From: Nemertoderma westbladi
Lineage: Eukaryota; Animalia; Xenacoelomorpha
Assembly (NCBI GenBank): GCA_032718475.1
Contig: JAUCBJ010008864.1
Location: 1-64,000 of the forward strand
Length of the DNA stretch: 64,000 bases
Direction of reading: 5' to 3'
Position numbers and translations under genes: made by a program. A model generated the notes under the pieces. It was not told the DNA's origin and ran no database searches. It was given only the letters and a program-made list of their open reading frames with translations. Positions 1 through 14,612 of the stretch are shown here, piece after piece (position 1 is the stretch's first letter; the number at the start of each line of letters is the position of its first letter).

Positions 1-506
1 CATGTTTGTAAATTTACGAGATGCTATTTAATTACATAACATATAAAAAAAAAAAATAATTCGAAGGATGTTTGGATATTAAATAGCCTCGCGCTTAAAT
101 TTGGAAAAACATTCAGTTATTATTTATCGACGATCTTTTAAACAGATTTTGAATACTCGTGAGTCCATTTCCACCGGTCGGTATAATCAAAAATGCAAGA
201 ATATCTGTGATCTGATGTTTGAAAACGTGAATAGGATGGTGGTGGGGCATGATCACGATTACGATCACGATTGGGGCACAAAATTAAAGGAAGTTGAACC
301 AAACCATTTATTTTGTCAACTAACAGACAACCAAAATTGATGACAAATAGCATTTCCGATTAAAAACGAATGGTTTACATAAATACAGTAAAATTATTGT
401 CAAAGACGGCTAAAAATAAACGGACAATCGTCCGAAACGAAACACTTTACACAAAAAAACGACAACATTTAAATTCTATAATAAATTATATATAATAAGA
501 ATAATA

Positions 507-1420
507 TTACAATAATTGCCACCTATATATTACTGGAGTAGTCATATCTTTTTCAATAAGAACAACCACCACGGAATCACTACGTACAGCCATATGGTTA
601 GGCAGATCGTTGAGCAGACGATGTGTCTGTCCAAGAGCTGGTTCGAAGTGATCCACCACGTGGTGGGCGCACACCCCAACATGCTCCATAGCCTCCGTAG
701 CATCAGCTTCAGTGTCCACCGGAACCACCAGTTCAGCGTCTTCCCGCTGCAGGTTCTCCGTGGCCAGATGACCCGACCGAATCCAAACCTTGTGGTCCCC
801 CTCGGTAACCATGACGATTAAACCGCACCGTACGTTGAATCGATAGCGACTAGACAACGCGTCACGCGTGTATATATGGGAGTACGAACGCTGGTCACGT
901 ACTGCGTAAACCCCCGGCCGATGGGACTGACACAATTTGTACGTTACGGTGACCAAAGGTTTATCATCAGTACTAAGTAACACGACACCCGGTAGCAAAG
1001 AACACTGCGTTACCTTATCAGCACTCTTCCATCTGATAATGGAACTTCCAGTTTCTATATCCCATAACACTACGTTCCGTCGTATATCAATAGAAACAGC
1101 AGTATTCTCGAATAGAGAAACACCATTAATGTGGAATTCGTGAATACTGTCGTAGGTTGATTTGTGTTCGAATATGAATACACCGTCCAGTTCAGATATT
1201 CGTAGCACAATGACTAGGTATGTATCGGGGTCTGTGCCGTTAGACGAGATCAGGGCGGTGTTATTGTGCACCGCCATTTGACAGTCTGATTGCTTCTCTG
1301 GAATAACAAGCCTGGTGTGTGTTAGTGGTGCTGGGGGGTTGATGAGTCCCAGAGGAGAGGAAAGGACCACGGTAGATCGGGTGCATATGCTGAGTAGGCC
1401 CTCGGCGTACATAGGGGAAT
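507..1420 (-). CDS. F-box/WD40-like protein, terminal exon 4 (beta-propeller-like)
   Basis: Long open frame (ORF 507-1445) with the WD-like segment AVSIDIRRNVVLWDIETGSSI. A phase-1 acceptor ttttattccaatAG|ATTCC at 1421-1422 fits the exon 3 donor; 914 nt to the stop. Extra small exons within the 33.7-kb intron cannot be excluded. Confidence 0.7.
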
Positions 1421-4400
1421 CTATTGGAATAAAAAGGGGCGACATATTGTAATAATAAAGGGGATATATATTATATATAAATATAAAATAGGGAAATGGG
1501 GAATCTATTGGAATAAAAAGGGGCGTTCTATTGGAATAATAAGGGGATATATATATATATATATATAAATATATTGGAATAAAAATGGGGAATCTATTTG
1601 AATAAAAATAGGGAATATATTGGAATAATAAAGGGGAATCTATTGGAATAATAAAGGGGAATCTGGGAATCGATAGGAATAATAAAGGGGAATCTATTGG
1701 AATAAAAATAGGGAATATATTGGCATAATAATGGGGAATCCATTGGAATAATAAAGGGGAATCTATTGGAATACTAAAGGGGAATCTATTGGAATAAAAT
1801 TGGGGAATCTATTGGAATAAAAATGGGGAATCTAATGTAATAAAAATAGGGAATATATTGGAATAATAATGGGGAATCTATTGGAATAAAAATGGGGAAT
1901 CTAATGTAATAAAAATAGGGAATCTATTGGAATAAAAATGGGGAATCTATTGGAATAAAAATGGGGAATCTATTGGAATAAAAATGGGGAATCTAATGTA
2001 ATAAAAATAGGGAATATTTTGGAAAAAATGGGGAATCTATTGGAATAATAATGGGGAATATATTGGAATAAAATTGGGGAATCTATTGGAATAAAAATGG
2101 GGAATCTATTGTAATAAAAATAGGGAATATTTTGGAAAAAATGGGGAATCTATTGGAATAAAAATGGGGAATATATTGGAATAATAATGGGGAATCTATT
2201 GGAATAAAAATGGGGAATCTAATGTAATAAAAATAGGGAATATATTGGCATAATAATGGGGAATCTATTGGAATAATAATGGGGAATATATTGGAATAAA
2301 ATTGGGGAATCTATTGTAATAAAAATAGGGAATATTTTGGAAAAAATGGGGAATCTATTGGAATAAAAATGGGGAATCTATTGGAATATTAAAGGGGGAA
2401 TCTATTGGAATAATAATGGGGAATATATTGGAATAAAATTGGGGAATCTATTGGAATAAAAATGGGGAATCTATTGTAATAAAAATAGGGAATATTTTGG
2501 AAAAAATGGGGAATCTATTGGAATAAAAATGGGGAATATATTGGAATAATAATGGGGAATCTATTGGAATAAAAATGGGGAATCTATTGTAATAAAAATA
2601 GGGAATATTTTGGAAAAAATGGGGAATCTATTGGAATAAAAATGGGGAATATATTGGAATAATAATGGGGAATCTATTGGAATAAAAATGGGGAATCTAA
2701 TGTAATAAAAATAGGGAATCTATTGGAATAAAAATGGGGAATATATTGGAATAATAAAGGGGAATCTATTGGAATAATAAAGGGGATTCTATTGGAATAA
2801 TTAAAGGGAATATATTGGAATAATAAAGGGGAATCTATTGGAATACTAAAGGGGAATCTATTGGAATAGAAATGTGAAATCAGGTGGAATAATAAAGGGG
2901 AATCTATTGGAATAAAAATGGGGAATCTAATGTAATAAAAATAGGGAATCTATTGGAATAAAAATGGGGAATCTATTGGAATAAAAATGGGGAATCTATT
3001 GGAATAAAAATGGGGAATATATTGGAATAATAATGGGGAATCTATTGGAATAAAAATGGGGAATCTAATGTAATAAAAATAGGGAATATATTGGCATAAT
3101 AATGGGGTATCTATTGGAATAATAATGGGGAATATATTGGAATAATAAAGGGGAATCTATTGGAATAATAAAGGGGATTCTATTGGAATAATTAAAGGGA
3201 ATATATTGGAATAATAAAGGGGAATCTATTAGAATACTAAAGGGGAATCTATTGGAATAGAAATGTGAAATCAGGTGGAATAATAAAGGGGAATCTATTG
3301 GAATAAAAATGGGGAATCTAATGTAATAAAAATAGGGAATCTATTGGAATAAAAATGGGGAATCTATTGGAATAAAAATGGGGAATCTATTGGAATAATA
3401 ATGGGGAATCTATTGGAATAATAATGGGGAATATATTGGAATAAAATTGGGGAATCTATTGGAATAAAAATGGGGAATCTAATGTAATAAAAATAGGGAA
3501 TATATTGGAATAATAATGGGGAATCTATTGGAATAAAAATGGGGAATCTATTGGAATAAAAATGGGGAATCTATTGGAATAAAAATGGGGAATCTATTGG
3601 AATAAAAATGGGGAATCTAATGTAATAAAAATAGGGAATATTTTGGAAAAAATGGGGAATCTATTGGAATAATAATGGGGAATCTATTGGAATAAAAATG
3701 GGGAATCTAATGTAATAAAAATAGGGAATATATTGGAATAATAATGGGGAATCTATTGGAATAATAATGGGGAATCTAATGTAATAAAAATAGGGAATAT
3801 ATTGGAATAATAATGGGGAATCTATTGGAATAGTAATGGGGAATCTAATGTAATAAAAATAGGGAATATATTGGAATAATAATGGGGAATCTATTGGAAT
3901 AATAATGGGGAATCTAATGTAATAAAAATAGGGAATCTATTGGAATAAAAATGGGGAATCTATTGGAATAAAAATGGGGAATCTAATGTAATAAAAATAG
4001 GGAATATATTGGAATAATAATGGGGAATCTATTGGAATAATAATGGGGAATCTATTGGAATATTAAAGGGGGAATCTATTGGAATATTAAAGGGGGAATC
4101 TATTGAAATAATAATGGGGAATCTATTGAAATAATAATGGGGAATCTATTGGAATAATAATGGGGAATATATTGGAATAAAATTGGGGAATCTATTGAAA
4201 TAATAATGGGGAATATATTGGAATACTAAAGGGGAATCGATTGGAATAATAAAGGGGATTCTATTGGAATAATAAAGGGGATTCTATTGGAATAATAAAG
4301 GGGAATCTATTGAAATAATAAAGGGGATTCTATTGGAATAATTAAAGGGAATATATTGGAATAATAAAGGGGAATCTATTGGAATACTAAAGGGGAATCT

Positions 4401-7400
4401 ATTGGAATAGAAATGTGAAATCAGGTGGAATAATAAAGGGGAATCTATTGGAATAAAAATGGGGAATCTAATGTAATAAAAATAGGGAATCTATTGGAAT
4501 AAAAATGGGGAATCTATTGGAATAAAAATGGGGAATCTATTGGAATAAAAATGGGGAATCTAATGTAATAAAAATAGGGAATATATTGGCATAATAATGG
4601 GGAATCTATTGGAATAATAATGGGGAATATATTGGAATAATAAAGGGGAATCTATTGGAATAATAAAGGGGATTCTATTGGAATAATTAAAGGGAATATA
4701 TTGGAATAATAAAGGGGAATCTATTGGAATACTAAAGGGGAATCTATTGGAATAGAAATGTGAAATCAGGTGGAATAATAAAGGGGAATCTATTGGAATA
4801 AAAATGGGGAATCTAATGTAATAAAAATAGGGAATCTATTGGAATAAAAATGGGGAATCTATTGGAATAAAAATGGGGAATCTATTGGAATAAAAATGGG
4901 GAATATATTGGAATAATAATGGGGAATCTATTGGAATAAAAATGGGGAATCTAATGTAATAAAAATAGGGAATATATTGGCATAATAATGGGGAATCTAT
5001 TGGAATAATAATGGGGAATATATTGGAATAATAAAGGGGAATCTATTGGAATAATAAAGGGGATTCTATTGGAATAATTAAAGGGAATATATTGGAATAA
5101 TAAAGGGGAATCTATTGGAATACTAAAGGGGAATCTATTGGAATAGAAATGTGAAATCAGGTGGAATAATAAAGGGGAATCTATTGGAATAAAAATGGGG
5201 AATCTAATGTAATAAAAATAGGGAATCTATTGGAATAAAAATGGGGAATCTATTGGAATAAAAATGGGGAATCTATTGGAATAATAATGGGGAATCTATT
5301 GGAATAATAATGGGGAATATATTGGAATAAAATTGGGGAATCTATTGGAATAAAAATGGGGAATCTAATGTAATAAAAATAGGGAATATATTGGAATAAT
5401 AATGGGGAATCTATTGGAATAAAAATGGGGAATCTATTGGAATAAAAATGGGGAATCTATTGGAATAAAAATGGGGAATCTATTGGAATAAAAATGGGGA
5501 ATCTAATGTAATAAAAATAGGGAATATTTTGGAAAAAATGGGGAATCTATTGGAATAATAATGGGGAATCTATTGGAATAAAAATGGGGAATCTAATGTA
5601 ATAAAAATAGGGAATCTATTGGAATAAAAATGGGGAATCTATTGGAATAAAAATGGGGAATCTAATGTAATAAAAATAGGGAATATATTGGAATAATAAT
5701 GGGGAATCTATTGGAATAATAATGGGGAATCTATTGGAATATTAAAGGGGGAATCTATTGGAATATTAAAGGGGAATCGATTGGAATAATAAAGGGGATT
5801 CTATTGGAATAATAAAGGGGATTCTATTGGAATAATAAAGGGGAATCGATTGAAATAATAATGGGGAATATATTGGAATAATAATGGGGAATATATTGGA
5901 ATAAAATTGGGGAATCTATTGAAATAATAATGGGGAATATATTGGAATAAAATTGGGGAATCTATTGGAATAAAAATGGGGAATATATTGGAATACTAAA
6001 GGGGAATCGATTGGAATAATAAAGGGGATTCTATTGGAATAATAAAGGGGATTCTATTGGAATAATAAAGGGGAATCGATTGGAATAATAAAGGGGAATC
6101 TATTGGAATAATTAAAGGGAATATATTGGAATACTAAAGGGGAATCGATTGGAATAATAAAGGGGATTCTATTGGAATAATAAAGGGGATTCTATTGGAA
6201 TAATAAAGGGGAATCGATTGGAATAATAAAGGGGATTCTATTGGAATAATAAAGGGGATTCTATTGGAATAATAAAGGGGAATCTAATGTAATAAAAATA
6301 GGGAATATATTGGCATAAAAATGGAGAATCTATTGGAATAAAAATGGGGAATCTAATGTAATAAAAATAGGGAATATATTGCAATAAAAATGGAGAATCT
6401 ATTGGAATAAAAATGGGGAATCTAATGTAATAAAAATAGGGAATATATTGGCATAATAATGGGGAATCTATTGGAATAAAAATGGGGAATCTAATGTAAT
6501 AAAAATAGGGAATCTAATGTAATAAAAATAGGGAATATATTGGCATAATAATGGGGAATCTATTGGAATAATAATGGGGAATATATTGGAATAAAATTGG
6601 GGAATCTATTGGAATAAAAATGGGGAATATATTGGAATAATAAAGGGGAATATATTGGAATAATAAAGGGGATTCTATTGGAATAATAAAGGGGAATCTA
6701 TTGGAATAATAATGGGGAATCTATTGGAATAATAAAGGGGAATCTAATGTAATAAAAATAGGGAATATATTGGCATAATAATGGGGAATCTATTGGAATA
6801 ATAAAGGGGAATCTAATGTAATAAAAATAGGGAATATATTGGCATAATAATGGGGAATCTATTGGAATAAAAATGGGGAATCTAATGTAATAAAAATAGG
6901 GAATATATTGGCATAATAATGGGGAATCTATTGGAATAATAATGGGGAATATATTGAAATAATAAAGGGGAATCTAATGTAATAAAAATAGGGAATATAT
7001 TGGCATAATAATGGGGAATCTATTGGAATAATAATGGGGAATATATTGGAATAAAATTGGGGAATCTATTGGAATAAAAATGGGGAATCTAATGTAATAA
7101 AAATAGGGAATATATTGGCATAGTAATGGGGAATCTATTGGAATAATAATGGGGAATATATTGGAATAAAATTGGGGAATCTATTGGAATAAAAATGGGG
7201 AATCTAATGTAATAAAAATAGGGAATATATTGGCATAATAATGGGGAATCTATTGGAATAATAAATGGGGATCTATTGGAATAATAAAGGGGGATCTAAT
7301 GTAATAAAAATAGGGAATATATTGGCATAATAATGGGGAATCTATTGGAATAATAATGGGGAATATATTGGAATAAAATTGGGGAATCTATTGGAATAAA

Positions 7401-9648
7401 AATGGGGAATCTATTGGAATAAAAATGGGGAATCTAATGTAATAAAAATAGGGAATATATTGGCATAATAATGGGGAATCTATTGGAATAAAAATGGGGA
7501 ATCTATTGGAATAAAAATGGGGAATCTAATGTAATAAAAATAGGGAATATATTGGCATAATAATGGGGAATCTATTGGAATAAAAATGGGGAATCTAATG
7601 TAATAAAAATAGGGAATATATTGGCATAATAATGGGGAATCTATTGGAATAATAATGGGGAATATATTGGAATAATAAAGGGGAATCTAATGTAATAAAA
7701 ATAGGGAATATATTGGCATAATAATGGGGAATCTATTGGAATAATAATGGGGAATATATTGGAATAAAATTGGGGAATCTATTGGAATAAAAATGGGGAA
7801 TCTAATGTAATAAAAATAGGGAATATATTGGCATAGTAATGGGGAATCTATTGGAATAATAATGGGGAATATATTGGAATAAAATTGGGGAATCTATTGG
7901 AATAAAAATGGGGAATCTAATGTAATAAAAATAGGGAATATATTGGAATAATAATGGGGAATCTATTGGAATAAAAATGGGGAATCTAATGTAATAAAAA
8001 TAGGGAATATATTGGCATAATAATGGGGAATCTATTGGAATAATAATGGGGAATATATTGGAATAATAAAGGGGAATCTATTGGAATACTAAAGGGGAAT
8101 CTATTGGAATAGAAATGTGAAATCAGGTGGAATAATAAAGGGGAATCTATTGGAATAAAAATGGGGAATCTAATGTAATAAAAATAGGGAATATATTGGA
8201 ATAATAATGGGGAATCTATTGGAATAAAAATGGGGAATATATTGGAACAATAAAGGGGAATCTATTGGAATACTAAAGGGGAATCTATTGGAATATTAAA
8301 GGGGGAATCTATTGAAATAATAAAGGGGATTCTATTGGAATAATACAGGGGAATCTATTGGAATAATAAAGGGGAATCTATTTGAATAATAAAGGGGAAT
8401 CTATTGGAATACTAAAGGGGAATCTATTGGAATATTAAAGGGGGAATCTATTGAAATAATAAAGGGGATTCTATTGGAATAATAAAGGGGAATCTATTGG
8501 AATAAAAATGGGGAATATATTGGAATAATAAAGGGGAATATATTGGAATAATAAAGGGGAATCTATTGGAATACTAAAGGGGAATCTATTGGAATAGAAA
8601 TGTGAAATCAGGTGGAATAATAAAGGGGAATCTATTGGAATAAAAATGGGGAATCTAATGTAATAAAAATAGGGAATATATTGGAATAATAATGGGGAAT
8701 CTATTGGAATAAAAATGGGGAATATATTGGAACAATAAAGGGGAATCTATTGGAATACTAAAGGGGAATCTATTGGAATATTAAAGGGGGAATCTATTGG
8801 AATACTAAAGGGGAATCTATTGGAATAGAAATGTGAAATCAGGTGGAATAATAAAGGGGAATCTATTGGAATAAAAATGGGGAATCTAATGTAATAAAAA
8901 TAGGGAATATATTGGAATAATAAAGGGGAATCTATTGAAATAATAAAGGGGATTCTATTGGAATAATAAAGGGGAATCTATTGGAATAATAAAGGGGAAT
9001 CTATTGGAATAATAAAGGGGAATCTATTGGAATACTAAAGGGGAATCTATTGGAATATTAAAGGGGGAATCTATTGAAATAATAAAGGGGATTCTATTGG
9101 AATAATAAAGGGGAATCTATTGGAATAATAAAGGGGAATCTATTGGAATAATAAAGGGGAATCTATTGGAATAATAAAGGGGAATCTATTGGAATAGAAA
9201 TGTGAAATCAGGTGGAATAATAAAGGGGAATCTATTGGAATAAAAATGGGGAATATATTGGAATAAAAATGGGGAATATATTGGAATAATAAAGGGGAAT
9301 CTATTGGAATACTAAAGGGGAATCTATTGGAATATTAAAGGGGGAATCTATTGAAATAATAAAGGGGATTCTATTGGATTAATAAAGGGGAATCTATTGG
9401 AATAATAAAGGGGAATCTATTGGAATAATAAAGGGGAATCTATTGGAATAATAAAGGGGAATCTATTGGAATAGAAATGTGAAATCAGGTGGAATAATAA
9501 AGGGGAATCTATTGGAATACTAAAGGGGAATCTATTTGAATATTAAAGGGGGAATCTATTGAAATAATAAAGGGGATTCTATTGGAATAATAAAGGGGAA
9601 TCTATTGGAATAATAAAGGGGAATCTATTGGAATATTAAAGGGGGAAT
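1413..9648. repeat. 23-bp satellite array, left arm (consensus GGGGAATCTATTGGAATAATAAA)
   Basis: Continuous tandem 23-bp units with recurrent variants (AAAAATGGGGAATCTAATGT, AATAGAAATGTGAAATCAGGTGG). The array is degenerate at 1413-1570. Confidence 0.98.
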
Positions 9649-10176
9649 TGTGACGGGATCTACGGATCCCGGTTTATCCGTTTGGGTTTTCTGCCCACGC
9701 GTCCCCGCCGTGTGTGAAAGGTAAAAGAGTTCTGATGTTGGGTAATATGTATAAAGGTATAATAGTCTGACAGTTGATATAATATAGCATGACACAATAG
9801 GTAATATATAATGGCGGTAGCGGACGGTGACAGAAGTCCCCGTTCCACCCTACTGATCTGACTGAGTAAACTGAATAACTGACCGGTATGATTACTGGTA
9901 ACTGGTTATATTGCACGGTGGCCTTATTGCTACTCAATCGATGCCTTTCCCCCCTCTGATTGGTTGATACCCCTGTTGGCACCCTTTGCCCCCCTCTGAA
10001 GTGCTTCCCTTCGCCCTTGCTGTTCTCTCTCTTGTCAGGGGAGTAACCCCTGACCCTTATTGTGTGTGTCTCCTTTGGGGCCTATTGTCCCCGTTTACTG
10101 GGCTGACAATAGGCTCCCAATATTGCTTTATGGCTCACTCTATGGGTTTGTGTTAGCGGAATTGGATAAGCTAACA
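9649..10176 (-). repeat. 3' LTR (528 bp)
   Basis: Direct repeat of 16532-17059; preceded by the PPT on the minus strand. Confidence 0.95.
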
Positions 10177-10185
10177 CTCCCCCCC
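10177..10185 (-). other. Polypurine tract
   Basis: Minus-strand GGGGGGGAG directly abuts the 3' LTR. An 11-bp-stem hairpin (10186-10214) lies just upstream. Confidence 0.8.
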
Positions 10186-10679
10186 ATGCTATCTTCCCGG
10201 TGAGAAGATAGCATCCAACTCAAGTGCGCTACAATTCCGCTGGATCCCGATCTATTATCGGGTGTGGGGTGGGTCTATTTTTTCGGAGTCGGCTTTCCAG
10301 GCCGCTCCCTATGGGTATGATGTCACTACCCTCTGGCGTCTCGTGTCGGGCCGATCGTGCGCTTCTCTCACACAATTTTTGTTTCCCCAACACTCTCACC
10401 ACTCTACTCCAACTCTCGCATACTCCCGGACCTCCTCGTCCCACACTCTTCCTCTCACTTCTCCTCCCCCACACTTGAATTGCGCCCACGCTCTCTTCGC
10501 ACTCCGCACTATTACTCCATCCCTCCTTGACTACCTTATCCCTTCTGACGAATCTCACCCCCCCCCTCCGTGCCGTCGCACTCAGGAAATGTGAAATCGT
10601 CTGGCGTCTTGCCCCTAGTGCCATAGTCACTTAGCCCCCCAGTCCCAGTAGCTAATTGAGAAAGGTTGTATGACTATAG

Positions 10680-12680
10680 TACTTACACCACTCACTCCGC
10701 ACTCCGCACTATCACCTCTCCACTCTCTTGTCACTCCCTAAGGCTTTAATCTCTAATGCTACCCCTGTGCTATCATACTATCTACTTACTGCTCACTAAC
10801 TCTAACTATCTGACTCTACTAACTACTAACTCTTACTACTTCTAGCTCTAACTGAGAGCCTCTAACTTTCTACTGACTCTAACTCTCTACTAACTTTCTA
10901 CTTCTACTAACTCTACTTGACTCCTCTGAGTCTACCAACTCTGCTAACTAGCTCTACTAACTCTACTCCACTAGCTCTGCTAACTCTACTAACTAGCTCT
11001 ACTAACTCTACTCCACTCTTCTAACCACTCTACTATCTGGCACCCTTTGTGCCCTTCTACTACTCAACTACCTCTCTAACACTCTAACCCTACTACTTGG
11101 CACCCTATGTGCCCTCTCTACTACCTCTAACACTCTAACTCTACTACCTGGCACAGCCCGTCTCTACTATTCTACTCTCTGGCACCCTATGTGCCCTCTC
11201 TGCTACCTCTACTCTACTTTACTACCTGGCACCCTATGTGCCCTCTCTACTCTTCTACTACCTCTCTAACTCTACTACCTGGCACCCCATGTGCCCGTCT
11301 GTACTCCTCTACACCCCCTTTACGTCTCATCGCCTACACGTGACGCTCTGAGTGCCGGCAGAGTGGGTACGTTAATTATGTGAACTACTACTGACTCTAC
11401 TAACTCTCTTCTAACTCTACTAACTCTTTTTGTGCCCGGCACCTCTTGTGCACGGCACCTTCTAACTCTACTAACTCTCTACGTGGCGCTAACGGTGCCC
11501 ACAACCACAACCGGTACTACGTACCCTCTTACTAACTCTACCTCTATCTACGTGGCGCTAACGGTGCCCACAACCACAACCGGTACTACTACGTACCCTC
11601 TTACTAACCTCTAACTCCCACTAACTCTAATTAACATACCCTGCTCTTACATCACACACATCATCACGCCCGTGCCCCACTAAGTTCAGCGCATTCCCTA
11701 CTAACTCTAACTACGTGGCGCTTACGGTGCCCACAACCCTCTACTGCTACTACTAACACCCCTAACTAGCGGTACTACATACCCTCTTACTACTCTAGCT
11801 CTCTCTACTAGCTAGCGGTACTACGTACCCTCTTACTCTTACTAACTCTCTAACGGTACTACGTACCCCTTAACTCCTACTCTCTAACGGTACTGCGTAC
11901 CCTCTAACTCTTACTCTAACTCCACTAACTAACGGTACTACGTACCCTCTAACTCTTACTCTCTAATCGGTACTTACGTACCCTCTAACTCTCTTCTACT
12001 AACGGTACTACACGTACCCTCCTACTAACTCTTCTACTAACGGTACTACACGTACCCTCCTACTAACTCTTCTACTAACGGTACTACACGTACCCTCCTA
12101 CTAACTCTAACTCTAACTAGGTACTACGTACCTACTGACTCTCTAACTAGGTACTACGTACCTACTAACTCTTACTAACTCTCTAACGGTACTACGTACC
12201 CCTTAACTCCTACTCTCTAACGGTACTGCGTACCCTCTAACTCTTACTCTAACTCCACTAACTAACGGTACTACGTACCCTCTAACTCTTACTCTCTAAT
12301 CGGTACTTACGTACCCTCTAACTCTCTTCTACTAACGGTACTACACGTACCCTCCTACTAACTCTTCTACTAACGGTACTACACGTACCCTCCTACTAAC
12401 TCTTCTACTAACGGTACTACACGTACCCTCCTACTAACTCTAACTCTAACTAGGTACTACGTACCTACTGACTCTCTAACTAGGTACTACGTACCTACTA
12501 ACTCTTACTAACTCTCTAACGGTACTACGTACCTACTAACTCCTACTCTCTAACGGTAGAGAGACTCTCTAACTCTTACTCTAACACTAACTATCAGTGC
12601 TAACTGACTAACTAACTAACTCTGACCCTAGGTACTACGTACCTCCTAAATAACTCCTAACTACCTAACTTCTACCTACT
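10680..12680 (-). repeat. Low-complexity mini-hairpin array in place of pol
   Basis: CT/AC-rich on plus. About 24 GGTAC-loop-GTACC and about 6 GGCAC-loop-GTGCC palindromes. Includes a 333-bp tandem duplication (11848 vs 12181). Confidence 0.85.
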
Positions 12681-12704
12681 TTATTATTTAATTATTTTAT
12701 TTAA

Positions 12705-14612
12705 TTAAATAATTATTTTATATTTCGTGCGTGGGAAGGGCGTCTCGCCCTCATTCCCACCCCCCTCAGTCCAAAACTTTGGACGACTAAAAACTCTCAC
12801 GTGCCCCTTCTTCCGGTAGGCACTCTCCCGCTGCCCTCCTATACGTCCTCTAACTCTTCGCCACACTCTCTTCGGTGCCACCTTTGCTGGCCTCCCCCTT
12901 CGTATGTGCGCTGGCATTAGAGCCCTCGACGACCCCCGCTCGTCCCTCGGTATACGCGGTGTCTGCCCGTGCAATGCCCCCTCGCACTGTGTCCGTCCTG
13001 CGTGTGTATGCAACACGCCTCCTCCTACTTTCCCGACTCCCTTATGTTTGCTAATGGGCTTCTCTACCCCTGGTTTAGTCCTTTCATATCCTCTCCCTTT
13101 CCAACACTCTCCGGATCTGTGTCCTTTTACCACACATCGATGACATAGTCCGTTTGCGTCTGTGTAGGCTACACGATCTCGTTTGGGCAACGCTTTCCAG
13201 TACTTGCAACTCCTGGTCTTATGGGTTCCGTCCCGATGTAATTGACATTGGAATCCTGGATTATAGCGTTTCCTGTATAGTCCTTCACGTATCGCGCTTA
13301 GGTTTATATGTACCGATTTAATGTTTTGGTTGTCTAGACTCGGCCTACTGGGTATATTGGGATTGTGTTTATTTTTGGTGTTATTTTCTTTCTGTCCCTG
13401 CCATGGTGTGGCCCTGCTCCCAGCTAACTGTGGACTAGCAGTCCCCTGTACGGCCGCGTGTGGTATTGACTGTCCGCACGACCTGTTCTCGTCCAAGGGG
13501 TTCGATGTTCTCGCTCCTATTGGGGTATATTGTCGATATTGTGATGGGGGAATGTCACCCTGTCCCCCCCCAGCCGGTATGTTTCGTACTGGGTTTGATG
13601 TTAATATATTGGGGCCCATACGTCTATCTCCAATAACTCCCCCCTCCCCTGGATATATGTTATGTCCCTGTGTATTATTATAGTCATGCTGCTGTACCGA
13701 TATAGGCCTACCTACCTCTCGCCTACCTACCGGTATGTACTCCGCGACTTCCGGGTTTAATCCCGTCGTTCGCGCTATCCCATCGCCTACTCTATCTCTC
13801 CCAGCATGGCCTATAATAGTATGTGCAGTAAGGCCTACAGTATGTCCTGCAGTCTGCATGTGCCCTTCCGAACCGAAGTTTATTCTTCGCGAATCTCGAA
13901 TCTCCCCGCGACTACTGCACTCTCGATCGGCAGCTATATCCCGTCGGGAAGCTTCTCTCCGATCCCCTCTCCTGTTCTCAACTCTGTATTGGTACGTCTT
14001 GTACCCCTCTCTTGGCGTGCGGTGCGTTTCTCCGGGGCGACGGCAATCTCCCGAAGTTCGACCCCACTGGCTCCCTGACTCCATCTCTACTATCGACGGT
14101 TTGTTATCCGTCCTCGCACTCCTATCATTCGTGGCGACACTTCTTCTACTATCTTCTCTTCTTCTCTTTTCTGTGTAGTATTCCGGCTCGTGAGGTCTCT
14201 CGTCGACCTCCCGGTTAAACTCCACTGTTCTTCTTCTCTCTTCTGGTCGGGCTCGACGCTTCGCCTGCCCTCTCGCGACGTCAACCTGCCTCTCTCTGCT
14301 CGATCGCACGCCGCTGGGGATACTCGCAATCCCCCTATTACTCTCCGTCGCCGGGTGTTGCGGTTTACCTGATTCGGCCCGCGCATTATCCGCTGACGGC
14401 TGTGGGACACTCTCTGCCCCCCCTCTCTCTCTACTAACTTCTCGCGGTGGGGTGTCCGTAGCCCCCCCCCACCCGCCACTTCTAACTTCACTATCTCTTA
14501 CTACACTTCTGCACCCCTCTTGTGGGGCATTCTCTGCCCCCCCTCTCTCGCCACTAATCTTATTTGGTGGGGCGCCCGTAGCCCCCCCCCCACCCGCCAC
14601 ATCTAACTTCAA
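12705..14612 (-). CDS. gag: Gag-like protein, C-terminal part with BEL/Pao zinc knuckles
   Basis: CQLHRDGTHKTRSC…R…GLCHRCVVKGHRSGEC (about 13246-13103) has the spacing of the first two BEL/Pao nucleocapsid knuckles. Confidence 0.7.
   Translation of the reverse strand: MKLDVAGGGGATGAPPNKISGERGGAENAPQEGCRSVVRDSEVRSGGWGGATDTPPREVSRERGGAESVPQPSADNARAESGKPQHPATESNRGIASIPSGVRSSRERQVDVARGQAKRRARPEERRRTVEFNREVDERPHEPEYYTEKRRREDSRRSVATNDRSARTDNKPSIVEMESGSQWGRTSGDCRRPGETHRTPREGYKTYQYRVENRRGDRREASRRDIAADRECSSRGEIRDSRRINFGSEGHMQTAGHTVGLTAHTIIGHAGRDRVGDGIARTTGLNPEVAEYIPVGRREVGRPISVQQHDYNNTQGHNIYPGEGGVIGDRRMGPNILTSNPVRNIPAGGGQGDIPPSQYRQYTPIGARTSNPLDENRSCGQSIPHAAVQGTASPQLAGSRATPWQGQKENNTKNKHNPNIPSRPSLDNQNIKSVHINLSAIREGLYRKRYNPGFQCQLHRDGTHKTRSCKYWKALPKRDRVAYTDANGLCHRCVVKGHRSGECWKGRGYERTKPGVEKPISKHKGVGKVGGGVLHTHAGRTQCEGALHGQTPRIPRDERGSSRALMPAHIRRGRPAKVAPKRVWRRVRGRIGGQRESAYRKKGHVRVFSRPKFWTEGGGNEGETPFPRTKYKIII

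Noticed and set aside
10229-10630. 133-aa ORF as a possible integrase or env remnant of the LTR element
   Set aside because: I can see no DDE, GPY/F or DUF5641 motif and no transmembrane segment.
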